Positions 47,807-58,566 of a stretch of 64,000 nucleotides of DNA are shown here, one piece after another; within the stretch, counting starts at the first letter, position 1, and each line of letters begins with the position of its first letter. This DNA is from Macrostomum lignano (taxonomy: Eukaryota): positions 124,001-188,000 of the forward strand of contig NIVC01001698.1 of assembly GCA_002269645.1 (NCBI GenBank), given 5' to 3'. The translations under genes were made by a program, and so were the position numbers. The notes under the pieces were generated by a model. It worked only from the letters and a program-made list of their open reading frames with translations, searched no databases and had not been told where the DNA came from.

Positions 47807-50800
47807 GAAGCCAGGGTCGAGTTAAGAGGCCACGCCCCTCAGGCCAAAATATTGCTTACTCTCCGGCCTCCCCATCATTCGAAAATGCCCCCCAACCAAA
47901 ATACCGGCAACCTCCCCAGTACGGTTTCCGCTATCCCCGCAAAACCTCCCATGTACAGCCAATGCCTGTAAATAATGCGATATCTGTCTCCCCCAATAAT
48001 TTTTCACTTCTTACCTTTGATGATGCCGACGATGCTATGCCAAATGCCCCCCATGACCCTCATGTGTACAATTCCCCCCATGCGACCGCCTCTCATGTAA
48101 CCAATGCGACCAAAGCTTATGTACATCATGCGTCCGCACCCCGTGTACCCACTGCGCTTGCACCCCATGTACCCCATGCGAGTGAAACCAATAATGCTCT
48201 ATCCAGTGCTGAAACCCGCTCAAAGAAGCGACAAAAGCCAAAAACCAATTCCCCATCTCGAATCGACCTGACCAAGCTAGAAGGCTATGAAGCTGTAATA
48301 GTCGGCGATATCCAGAAAGAATCGATTAATTTCTTGCTAGACACAGGCGCCAGAAATAACTTCCTGAGCCGCTCAACCTGGTCTAAGCTATTCCGTGCCG
48401 ATCAAATCCGAGACACTAGCAAAAGCATCAGTACATTTGACGGTACCCCAGTACAATTAGAAGGAGAAGTATCTGCCCAAGTGAAGTTTGGCGATATCCA
48501 AATCGAAGTAGACTTCCTCCTATGCCGACACGATTGCGATAATATCTTAGGAATGGAATTTTTCCTGTCCCAATGTGAAAGCATTCAGCTAGCCAAAGGA
48601 ATGCTAGTGCTTAATGAAGGTACCTGTATACCCATGCAGTATACCCGCCTACCCGTGAAAGTTTGTCGAGTTTATACTCAAGAAAGAGTAATCATCCCAG
48701 CTAATAGTGCCCTCCGAATACCCGTGAAGTTAGCCAAGAATTGTGAATCGAATTATGGCACCCCCATGACCATTGAAGCCATTGGCGATACTGTCCGAAC
48801 CCGAGATTTCTCCCTAGAAATGGTTCCAACCCTAGTAACCATGAAAGAAGGCAAAGGAATTGTCGAGATTATTAATCGTCACCCAGTAGATGTGAACCTA
48901 ACCAAAACTTCCCTAATTGGCTTAGCCAGACCCATGAAAGCTAAAGACTTAACCTATTGGCAAACCCAACCCCCCAGTTCCCAACTCCCTGCGAAAGTCA
49001 ACCAGACTCAATGTACTGAAGATTCCTGGATTAATGAAGTGAGCCTTGGCCCTGAATTGTCAGATGAACAGCGAAAAGCAGTCATCGACTTAATGAAAGA
49101 AAACCGTGAAGCCTTTTCCCAGAATGAATTAGACATGGGCCTGACACATTTAGTAACCCACGAAATCTCTATCAAAGACCCCACCCCCGTTAGAATCCCA
49201 GCTAGACGCATCCCCCCACACTTGCAGAAGCAAGTTGATGCCCAATTAGACGATATGTTAGCCAAAAACTTAATTAGACCCTGCTACTCAACCTATTCCA
49301 CCCCCCTAGTAATTGTCCCCAAGAAAGACGGTTCTATCAGAATCGTGAGCGATTTCCGAGTGCTCAACTCAAGAGTTAATTATTACCCCTACCCCCTCCC
49401 CAATATCCAAGAGACCTTCTCCCACCTGACTGGTAGCCAATACTTTAGCAGCCTTGATTTAAACTCAGGATACTGGCAAGTCCCCATCAAAGAAGAAGAC
49501 AAGCATCGAACCGCCTTCTCCACCCTAACTAGAGGCCAATTTGAATATCAAGTGATGGCCCAAGGACTTTCCAATGCCCCCGGAACCTTCCAACGCCTGA
49601 TGAATTTAGTACTATTAGGAATCCAACACAAGTTCGCCATGTCCTATATCGATGACATAATAGCCTACTCCCAAACTTTTGCCGACCATTTAGAGCACTT
49701 AAGAGAAGTATTTAAGCGACTTATTGCCGCAGGTCTGAAGTTGAGACCCAAAAAGTGCAATCTTTTCCATCACGAGTTGAAATATCTAGGACACGTGATT
49801 GGCCGAAAAGGCATCAGAACAGATGAAGCCAAAATAGAAGCTATCAAAACTTGGCCCCGTCCCAAAGACGTAAAGGAACTACGCAGTTTTCTTGGCCTAT
49901 GCAATTATTATTGCCGATTCGTGAAGAATTATGCCGAAGTGGCTCACCCCCTATTCCAATTGACTCGAAAAGGAGTTCAGAATTTCCAATCTAAGTGGAG
50001 CAAAGTGCATGACGAAGCCTTTGAATCCCTGAAGCAGCGCATGATGTCTACTGAAGTGTTAGCCTACCCCGAATATGTCGAAGATGAAAATGTGAAAATG
50101 GTGCTCGACACAGATGCCAGTGACGACAGGATTGGCGCATGCCTTGGCCAAATCCAGAGTGATGGCATAGAGCGACCAATAGCCTATTTTAGTAGAGCAA
50201 TGAAAGAATCTGAGAAGCGATACCCCATTACCCGGAAAGAATTGTTAGCCCTTGTCGACGCTATGAGGCATTTCAGATTTTATCTGATCGGCAAGAAATT
50301 CTTAGCCCGAACTGATCATAAAGCGATAATTTGGCTCATGAGACAAACTGAAGCAACCGGAATCCTAGGTAGATGGATAGAGCGTCTGAATGAATTCAGG
50401 TTCGACATTGAACACAGAAGCGGCGCAAAACATTCCAATGCCGATGGATTGTCGAGAAGACCAGCTGAGATAGCTGAAGCCCCTGAAGTATCCCCTGAAG
50501 CAGCCCCTGAACTTGCTGGAACAGCACCTGAAGTTTCCGAAGTCCCTGACGCAGCCACTGAGCCTGCTGAAGCGATCCTTGAAACCCCTGAAGTACCTGA
50601 AGCGATTCCTGAGAAAATTGAGCCAATCCCTGAGAAAGTTGAGAAGTTGACCCCTGTTCCCCTGAGAGATGAGAGTGCTCCCGCTGAAACTAAGGACAAC
50701 CCCATGTCCCAGTCACCTGAAGCTCTGATAGAAAGCGAGACCCAGCTTGAATATCCCGAATCTAGGATACAGCTGAATGTCTCAGGTAGAGAAGTAGAAT

Positions 50801-52614
50801 CAGAAGAAGAGACAGGAAAGTGTGAGAAACTATTAACTGATTACCTCCCCAACCCCCTGAAGAAAGAACAGATTGAAGAAGCCCAAGCTGCTGATCCCAT
50901 CATTAAAGCCCTGCTAGAAGCCAAGAAACAGAAATTGAGCCAATTTCCCAAATCACCGGACGTGCCAGAAAAGATCAGTAAGCATTATGCACTGATGAAA
51001 ATCGATAACGAATTATTAATAATCACCGAAGGCGAAAAGGACAAAGTAGTTTTGCCCCCATCCTTAGATAAAGCAGTCTTTATTGACCTTCACTGCAGCC
51101 CCCTCGCAGGACATCTAGGAAGAGATAAAACGCTCCAAAGAATCAGAGAAAGATTTTGGCGACCCGGACTGAGCACTGCAGTTGAGCAGCTAATTGCTGA
51201 GTGCATCCCCTGCCTTGAGAGCAAGAAAGGACATTTTGTTCAGGCCCCAGTCCAGTCATTCCCCATTGGTGAAGCATTTAGCCGCCTGCATATAGACATT
51301 ATCGGCCCAATATCTAAAGAAAGCAAACGAGGCCATAAATATGTCCTGACAGTTGTTGACAGCACAACTAGATATCCCTTCGCTTTTCCCATTAGAAACC
51401 AAAAGTCAGACACAGTTATTAAGATACTACTTGAACGGATAGTAGCAGAATATGGACAGCCCACCTGGATCCACACAGACAATGGAAAAACTTTCGCTAG
51501 TAAACAATTTAGAGCTTTTTGCGAACTTTATAATATTCGCCACACCTTCACTACCCCCTATCATGCCCAATCTAATGGCTTAGTAGAACGGTTTAATAAG
51601 CAAGTCAAGTCAATCATCACCTGTCTGATCAATAAGGATCATGGTGATTGGGATTTACTAATTCCCGCAGCTCTAGTAGCAGTCCGCACCAGCCCCAATT
51701 CAACCACAGGTTTTTCCCCTCACTTCCTATTATTTGGCAGAGAAGCCACCTTACCTCTAGACACTCAGATCAGAAGTACAGCAGAACACGCTGATTATCC
51801 CGCCTACATTACTAAGCATGCCGAAAGATTAGAGGAAGCTCATAAGATAGTCAAGAAGAAGTTGGAAAAAGTAGTAGAGAAAAGACAAGTCGCCGCTGAA
51901 ACTAACAAGTTACCCCCTAGAATCCCTATAGGTTGCCTTGCACTGATTAATAACCCCCAGCTAGATAGCGAAGAATCCCACAAGTTCCACCGAAAGAAGA
52001 GATCCGCCTTTAGAGTTTTAGCCCAATTATCAGAAGTGGTTTTCAAAGTCCAGAAAGAAGAAGAAGGAGAATTAGTAGGGAAAGAAATGCTCGTGCATCG
52101 AGATAACCTAACTCCAGTCCCGAACTCAACCCCAGAACAAATCACTAAGGAAGGCCAGCGAGATGCCCCTGATTCCGCCCCTGTTCCCATCCCCACTTCC
52201 GCTAAACCTAAGAGACAACCTGTAATTAAGGAAGGCCAACCCAGCCGAAATTCCCAAAAATTAATCTTGCCCGAACCAGTTGAATCTGAAGAAGAATCCG
52301 ATGAAGAAGAAATTAATTGGAGATGCCAAATTAGAGAAGCAGAGAACGAAGAGTTAGAAGAGGAAATCCAGCCAGAAGAATGGAGTGAAGCCCAAACAGA
52401 GGAAGAGAATGAAATGACCGATGAGTCAGAGAGTGAGGCTCCAAACGAAGAGATCCCTCAGCCCCAACCCCCCTCTCCTGCCCCGCGAGATCCCGAACCC
52501 CCGCGTCGTCACCCCTACAATTTAAGGCCCCCACCCCAAAATAAACAGCGTTGCAATTGTCATCTAGACAGACTACTATTAGCACTAAACCTCTTGCGCA
52601 ACTTAGAATTTTAG
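47800..52614 (+). CDS. pol: Pol polyprotein (protease, RT, RNase H, integrase), probably reached by -1 frameshift
   Basis: LLDTGA (protease), LDLNSGYWQ and YIDDI (RT), LDTDASD (RNase H), H..GH..C..C, LHIDIIGP, HTDNG and NGLVERFN (integrase). The frame is open from the slippery site at 47797 to the stop at 52614. Confidence 0.96.
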   Translation, partial: KLRSQGRVKRPRPSGQNIAYSPASPSFENAPQPKYRQPPQYGFRYPRKTSHVQPMPVNNAISVSPNNFSLLTFDDADDAMPNAPHDPHVYNSPHATASHVTNATKAYVHHASAPRVPTALAPHVPHASETNNALSSAETRSKKRQKPKTNSPSRIDLTKLEGYEAVIVGDIQKESINFLLDTGARNNFLSRSTWSKLFRADQIRDTSKSISTFDGTPVQLEGEVSAQVKFGDIQIEVDFLLCRHDCDNILGMEFFLSQCESIQLAKGMLVLNEGTCIPMQYTRLPVKVCRVYTQERVIIPANSALRIPVKLAKNCESNYGTPMTIEAIGDTVRTRDFSLEMVPTLVTMKEGKGIVEIINRHPVDVNLTKTSLIGLARPMKAKDLTYWQTQPPSSQLPAKVNQTQCTEDSWINEVSLGPELSDEQRKAVIDLMKENREAFSQNELDMGLTHLVTHEISIKDPTPVRIPARRIPPHLQKQVDAQLDDMLAKNLIRPCYSTYSTPLVIVPKKDGSIRIVSDFRVLNSRVNYYPYPLPNIQETFSHLTGSQYFSSLDLNSGYWQVPIKEEDKHRTAFSTLTRGQFEYQVMAQGLSNAPGTFQRLMNLVLLGIQHKFAMSYIDDIIAYSQTFADHLEHLREVFKRLIAAGLKLRPKKCNLFHHELKYLGHVIGRKGIRTDEAKIEAIKTWPRPKDVKELRSFLGLCNYYCRFVKNYAEVAHPLFQLTRKGVQNFQSKWSKVHDEAFESLKQRMMSTEVLAYPEYVEDENVKMVLDTDASDDRIGACLGQIQSDGIERPIAYFSRAMKESEKRYPITRKELLALVDAMRHFRFYLIGKKFLARTDHKAIIWLMRQTEATGILGRWIERLNEFRFDIEHRSGAKHSNADGLSRRPAEIAEAPEVSPEAAPELAGTAPEVSEVPDAATEPAEAILETPEVPEAIPEKIEPIPEKVEKLTPVPLRDESAPAETKDNPMSQSPEALIESETQLEYPESRIQLNVSGREVESEEETGKCEKLLTDYLPNPLKKEQIEEAQAADPIIKALLEAKKQKLSQFPKSPDVPEKISKHYALMKIDNELLIITEGEKDKVVLPPSLDKAVFIDLHCSPLAGHLGRDKTLQRIRERFWRPGLSTAVEQLIAECIPCLESKKGHFVQAPVQSFPIGEAFSRLHIDIIGPISKESKRGHKYVLTVVDSTTRYPFAFPIRNQKSDTVIKILLERIVAEYGQPTWIHTDNGKTFASKQFRAFCELYNIRHTFTTPYHAQSNGLVERFNKQVKSIITCLINKDHGDWDLLIPAALVAVRTSPNSTTGFSPHFLLFGREATLPLDTQIRSTAEHADYPAYITKHAERLEEAHKIVKKKLEKVVEKRQVAAETNKLPPRIPIGCLALINNPQLDSEESHKFHRKKRSAFRVLAQLSEVVFKVQKEEEGELVGKEMLVHRDNLTPVPNSTPEQITKEGQRDAPDSAPVPIPTSAKPKRQPVIKEGQPSRNSQKLILPEPVESEEESDEEEINWRCQIREAENEELEEEIQPEEWSEAQTEEENEMTDESESEAPNEEIPQPQPPSPAPRDPEPPRRHPYNLRPPPQNKQRCNCHLDRLLLALNLLRNLEF

Positions 52615-52986
52615 CCCGTCTACACCTTCCTACCCCTCCCTCGCCGTCCCCATTCGCCCAACAGACCCCAAATTTTAGACAAAGAGAGCCCTCGACTAGA
52701 CCCTTGCTATGCACAAAGGACCCCTCAAATTATCGATCGACAAAGAAACTAGAGCCCAAAGAGCGTAGAAAAATGAGGTTGGTCACGAAAACAAGAGGAC
52801 CTCCCTTGTCTGTGAACAATAGTCAGTAAATATAAGCATTTTTAGGCCATTGCACAATCAGATCCCAAGCCTTCTGCTCTCCAAAATTCCCACTCCTCGC
52901 TAATTAATACTGTCGAGCCCGACTTTTAAATTTTTACTATCTGAGTGATCTTTATACCCTGCGCTGATTAGGCAATCAGATTCCCA

Positions 52987-54018
52987 ATGTATTCAGAAGA
53001 GAGTCTTAAGCAGCTGGAGGACGACCTTCGTCTCAGCGACTCTAATGACAGTGAGTTCGACGAGGAATCGGACAATGATTTGCCCATCCCTGAGCGCCAA
53101 CCCACAAGGCCAAGCAAGCCAGGTCCTAAGCCTCGCATTGCCTCAGTTGTGACTCGTCCGCCGCAGCCGTCCACCTCTGACGCGCACTCGTCGTCAGCTA
53201 TCTCAGATGCCCACCCGCCATCGGTTGCCCCTGATCGTCAATCGCCGATCACCAATCGCCAATCGCCGACCGATTCAGTTTCCCGTCGATCAGACGAGCG
53301 AGTTAAATTGCTCCGACGCCATGCTGATGCCCCTGTCAGCATCCCCCCGACCGCCATACAGCGCCAGCCCCCTGATGCCAGATCTGCTATCGTGTTAACG
53401 ACTAATGAAGCACCCCGGCCAGCCATCCGCCAGAGACTTGGGCCTCGCCCTTCATCAACATCGCAGAAGCATCGATCCCGATCCAGGTCTCCGCCTAAGC
53501 AGCAGCCCGAGCAACCATTAGTCACTCCGCCATCGACTTATGGGGTTCGACCGATGAACCAACCGCGTCCCCGCCCCGTCCCACCTATCAAGATGGAACC
53601 GTTGGACTCCAGCATACCACCTCTGATGGCTGGATTTGTGAGACAGGACCAACCCCTGCGGGAGATTGGCGAAAATTTTACGCAGGCCATCGAGAGTCTG
53701 CCAGAGGCCCAACGCGCCGATTATCGCCGTATGGTTACAGCGATCAAGCTGTATTTCATTCATGCTGGCCGATTCCGAGACGGCCGCGAATTCCCTCAAC
53801 GCGAGACGCTGCGGCCAGTGCTGCATAATCTTCGCCGTCTGCAGCCAATGCACGCTGTCGCCGCCTGGCGGCGTGCGGCCCACTACGCACTGACAGACCT
53901 CCGCCGAGGTCCGCGCCGCTACAATGCGCAAAGCTTGCAGATCGAGATTCGCTGGCTAGGCCGAGAATGCGGCTGGCCCCATCAGCATCGGCTGCCGAGC
54001 GAACTCAATTTGAATTAG
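52987..54018 (+). CDS. ORF3 of the Gypsy element, 343 aa, unknown function (no env hallmarks)
   Basis: Intact ATG-to-TAG ORF between pol and the 3' LTR; no signal peptide or TM segment; Pro/Ser/Arg-rich N-terminal two-thirds and a globular-looking C-terminal 120 aa. Confidence 0.8.
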   Translation: MYSEESLKQLEDDLRLSDSNDSEFDEESDNDLPIPERQPTRPSKPGPKPRIASVVTRPPQPSTSDAHSSSAISDAHPPSVAPDRQSPITNRQSPTDSVSRRSDERVKLLRRHADAPVSIPPTAIQRQPPDARSAIVLTTNEAPRPAIRQRLGPRPSSTSQKHRSRSRSPPKQQPEQPLVTPPSTYGVRPMNQPRPRPVPPIKMEPLDSSIPPLMAGFVRQDQPLREIGENFTQAIESLPEAQRADYRRMVTAIKLYFIHAGRFRDGREFPQRETLRPVLHNLRRLQPMHAVAAWRRAAHYALTDLRRGPRRYNAQSLQIEIRWLGRECGWPHQHRLPSELNLN

Positions 54019-54163
54019 TTATATCGCTGACGAACATTTATTCTGCAATTTTATTAACTTCCATTATTCTTGTTTATTAACTATTTTGTTCTATCATTGC
54101 TATTTTACGTATCGTTTTGAAAATTCTCACTATATTCAAATTTATCAAGCCAGGAAGGCCAGT

Positions 54164-55184
54164 TGCAACAGTTGCCTATTATTTTGCCTACTTTGCCTAT
54201 TTTTGTCTATTTTGTCTACTGATTTCACGTATAATACGACTATTTTTTTATATTCGATTGAAGAATTCTGTGCCTAATAAATATATGTTTTTAATATTGT
54301 TAAGTAGTAAAATAGCATCAATAGTAGCTTTTAGCCTAATTCTGTATGTTTAATTAGTTTTAATACGTACGCCATTTTTGCCTGTAATACTATAAAAGAG
54401 AGAGAGAAAAATAAACGAAGGAGAACTTGCGCTCGTTGGTTTCCTCCGCCTGCCAATTTTAGACTCCGGTCTTGGCCCCAGCGGTTGTAATTGTTCCAAA
54501 AATAGATCTGAATTGGTCTTAGTCATTTAAAGGCGCTCCGCCTTCCCTCTCCCACGGAGCTTCGTACAGCCAGAAGCGTACAGGCCTCCTTTCCCCACTC
54601 TCCCCAGGACGTGCAGTCCTACCCCAAGCCGCTCCCCTTTCCTCCTCTTTCCCAGAGAATATACGCCCCGCCCCTCAATCCTCTCCCCTCTTTGTGGACA
54701 TTCTGTCTGCACAGGTGTACAGCCTTATTCCCTCGGACTTACAGTCTGATCCTCCCCCAAGCATCCCCGCTCCCGACCCTTCCTAGTAGAAATTTCCCAC
54801 ATTCATTAGGCAGATTGCCTTCTTATCTAATGCTGTCAGCATTCCCTATTAGTATTTAGAAGTTCCCATTAGTGTGCTTTCCCAGGCAACTCTGATCCAT
54901 CGCGAAGCCCTTAATTCCCCTCTCCCATCTTTATTCCCTCGGACTAGTTAAGTTTAATTTAGACAGTGTCTTGCCGCTCGGACACTCACGCCACCAGGAG
55001 CAACCATTGGCTTACTCCTATTAGTAATAAAACTAGCACATCTATCAGAAATCCCCAAGAATCCCATAACTTACCCTACAACAAATTTGGTGTCAGCAAT
55101 AGGAAACTTCCCTCCCCCAAGACCCCTATAACAGATTTTGGTAACAGCGGTGGGATTTTCTTAAAAATAAACAGCCCTGTAACA
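54164..55184 (+). repeat. 3' LTR (1021 bp)
   Basis: Matches the 5' LTR; preceded by a weak purine-rich tract AAGCCAGGAAGG. Confidence 0.96.
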
Positions 55185-57026
55185 CAAGCGTTGTGTACGT
55201 GCCATCTGCACCAGCTGGGGAAGGTTAACAATGTCAGGAACAGTGTCAAATTCTAGCTAATGTCAGAAAACCGCACGAAGTTTGGTTCATTCAATTGTAA
55301 TTTGCAAAGATACGACGAGTACTGGGTGCCCTAAAATCACGGTGCTACTTGGAAGCATATGGTCCCAACATCCAGAAATCGTGCATAAATACCGCTTGAA
55401 TATCAGTTTCAGTCTTAAGTGTCAGATTGCATGTCTCAGTGTCTGTGACACTAGTGTCATCATATTGGCCATTATCAGCATTCCATGGAACTTACAATGG
55501 GAGGTCGTATCTAAGGTTTTTAATAGGAGATCAAAGAGGCTTCAAATTCCTAATTGCCATTTTTTAAATTAGACTTGAAGCAAGAGACTAGTTTGCTGCT
55601 TAATTACGTTTTTCGCGTGCGCTCGATGCGTAAATTAAAAAAAAGTTAAATTTATTATTTTCGCCGAAACCAAGAATTGGCACAATGATGGGTAAAGTGT
55701 AAAAAGTTGCATTGAGGTTTTTATCACTCGTTTATGCACATAGGAGGATACTTTACTTTTGCTCTTTTCTTATGAACAATCGTAAATCAATGATTTGTAG
55801 GCGGTAGCTAGTGTTGTGATCTATTTTCATGATTAGGGAGGGTCTCGCCTAACATACAACCTGGGCCTAGGGCTAGGCGGCTAGTAGGCCTTGTTTTCAG
55901 TATTTTACTCCTATCCTATCCTGCATTCAATCCTTCATTATAATAGCTTATAAGCTTAATAATAGTATAAACAATTTACAAAACTAAAATGATAAACTCC
56001 AATAATAATAGGCTTGATTTGCTTTATATAGTAGGTCAATATAACAATGAGTATATTACTTGTCAATATTATTATTACTAATATTAGACAGGAATGAAAG
56101 TTTGGAAAAAAAACTAGGCCTGGACCTGGCTCACTGGCTGTTATTAGCGAAGCCTAATACATACAGTAATATAATAAAAATTAAATAGATTCCAACCTTC
56201 GTAGTTAACTATTTAGCCTAGGGATTAACCATTTTAATATTTGAATAGCCTTCATGGCTTTTTAGTAATATATTTTTATTACTATGAATATGGTATCAAT
56301 GATATAAAAAATATAATTTGAATTTAATTTACTGTTTTTAAATTTATCTATTTTACAATATTGAAAATATAAATCATAAATGTTATAGGCTACTTTCATC
56401 TGTTTGACAAATGGTTTAAATTAAATACTTTATGTCATGATACAATTAAACATATTTATTTATGAATATATATCTAAAATTTCCACTAGCTTTAGCATTC
56501 CTGTAAAAATGGTACCTTAGTCTAGAAATTTTTGAGATACTCTTCATATTATACTTTATCTTATATGCCATTTTATAAATGCTTTTGCTACCAATGTGGC
56601 AACAATAAAGCAATGTGGCAATAAATATATCCCAATAACCATTGACTTTAATATAAAAAAATTAAGATGAAATCAGCAAATTTATTATATTAAGCTTCAT
56701 TATTAATTTTTTTAATATCCTCAAGATTTTGTAAATAAGCTGTAGTATAGATATAAATTTAAAATATTTTAGGTGCCAATCTATACTACTCATAAGCCTT
56801 TCTAGCAGTAGTATTAGAAGTAAAAAGTTATAAAAAACTTTTTGCCCCAGCTGAGGGTGAGGCCATGACCCACTTGTCCACTGGAACTGCCACTGACTAG
56901 CTGTGTTCTGCTAGAGCCTGTTGGCTATTAAAGACTAGTGGTGAATTAATGTTAATTGCAGACTTCACTGCCATTGCAACACTGTTTGCCCTACTCATAA
57001 TGACCTAATTAATTTATTATTGTCAG

Positions 57027-58566
57027 ATATTGATTTTGTCTTCAATGGTCAACTCCAACTGCTGCTTTGCTTTTGCTATCTGGGCCGTCTGCTGCCCACA
57101 TTGGCTGCTCGTGGCCAGCCTGCCACTGCCATTGCTGCTTCAAGAGCCCAGCAACAGCTGCACTCACTGGCCCTGCCGCCATTGCTTCAGCACCCTCTGC
57201 CTGGACCTTCGTCACTGCCTCTACAGCCGCTGCGTTGGCAGCAGTGCCGCTTGAAGTCCAGGCACTCCTCAACAAAGGGCCGGGCTGGCCACTCGCCTTC
57301 CAGTCAAGCAGCAACAGATGATGATGAGGAATCTGATGATGAGGATGAGGCTGGCAGCGATGCCGACACGGAGTTTGACGAACTGAGCGATCCGTTCTAT
57401 GCCAGCGATGTCAGCCTGTGCGACAAATTCAAGGTGTGCGCAGCATGTCTGTGGAGTTGGGATTGGGACAGCGGCTTGGTGGCGTCACTCACCATCGATT
57501 GGGATCTGAACTGCACCTTAGCATTAGACCGACTTTAATGTGCGGATGCCCCTGCTCTCATGTCATGCTCTGCAGTGTGCGGATGCCCCTGCTCTCATGA
57601 TATGCTCTGCAGTGTTCGGATGCCCCTGCTCTCATGTCATGCTCTGCAGTGTGCGGATGCCCCTGCTCTCATGATATGCTCTGCAGTGTTCGGATGCCCC
57701 TGCTCTCATGATATGCTCTGCAGTGTTCGGATGCCCCTGCTCTCATGTCATGCTCTGCAGTGTTCGGATGCCCCTGCTCTCATGTCATGCTCTGCAGTGT
57801 GCGGATGCCCCTGCTCTCATGATATGCTCTGCAGTGTTCGGATGCCCCTGCTCTCATGATATGCTCTGCAGTGTTCGGATGCCCCTGCTCTCATGTCATG
57901 CTCTGCAGTGTTCGGATGCCCCTGCTCTCATGTCATGCTCTGCAGTGTGCGGATGCCCCTGCTCTCATGTCATGCTCTGCAGTGTGCGGATGCCCCTGCT
58001 CTCATGTCATGCTCTGCAGTGTTCGGATGCCCCTGCTCTCATGTCATGCTCTGCAGTGTTCGGATGCCCCTGCTCTCATGTCATGCTCTGCAGTGTGCGG
58101 ATGCCCCTGCTCTCATGACATGCTCTGCAGTGTGCAGGTACTGGGGTATCTGCACTCTGAGGGGCCTGAGAGAGTGCTTCGGTGTGTACAAACACGCAAC
58201 GGTCTATGTTTAGCAGCCCTAAATCCCTCATACTAAATGGCCCGTTGCACCACTCCGCAGGTGCAGTCTTTCACCTGCAAAAGCCTGCGCGCAGCCAAGC
58301 TGGCCAGCTTAGGCACCGGCCTGTCCAAGTCCAAGGTGGACCAGCTCTGCCTGCTGGGCCGCATGTACATCAACGGGCAGAAGACTATAAAGAAAGGCGC
58401 CGCCTGCGGCATAGGCGACTCGGTGTCTATAGCGATGAGCTTTCAAGACGACCTGGCGATGGTGAAGCAGGTGCGGCTGCTGCACGGTCGGGTGCTGCCG
58501 ACTGGCAGCTACAGGATTGTGCTGCGCTGCTGGAAGCAGCCGTTCATGCTGCGGCTGGCCTCCTAG
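57027..58566 (+). CDS. MTRES1: Mitochondrial transcription rescue factor 1-like (C6orf203 family, S4-like RNA-binding domain); start codon unresolved
   Basis: Exon ending at 57433 (AAG|GT) spliced in phase 0 to 58261-58566. Presequence-like region, then acidic linker, then SLRAAKLASLGTGLSKSKVD...INGQK..KK...GDSV...YRIVLRCWK, resembling recalled MTRES1. Confidence 0.8.
57539..58131. repeat. Intronic minisatellite, 37 bp unit GTGCGGATGCCCCTGCTCTCATGTCATGCTCTGCAGT
   Basis: About 16 copies in intron 57434-58260. Confidence 0.95.

Larger units (their letters stand above)
45737..55184 (+). mobile_element. Full-length Ty3/Gypsy LTR retrotransposon (9448 bp) with an additional ORF3
   Basis: LTRs TG...CA at 45737-46757 and 54164-55184; 4-bp TSD CAAG (45733-45736 and 55185-55188); PBS; gag; pol in PR-RT-RH-IN order. 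Confidence 0.97.
45480..55575 (+). pseudogene. Decayed mariner-like transposase split by the Gypsy insertion (about 45480-45736 plus 55185-55575)
   Basis: Joining the flanks across the TSD gives RAAQKCFSSSDTSLD...SRP, TRTLAAHLGISQTSVV / HLHQLGKV (mariner HTH) and LQWEVV...IPNCHFL (WEVLPHPPYSPDLAPSDYHLF-like), with frameshifts. Boundaries approximate. Confidence 0.6.
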
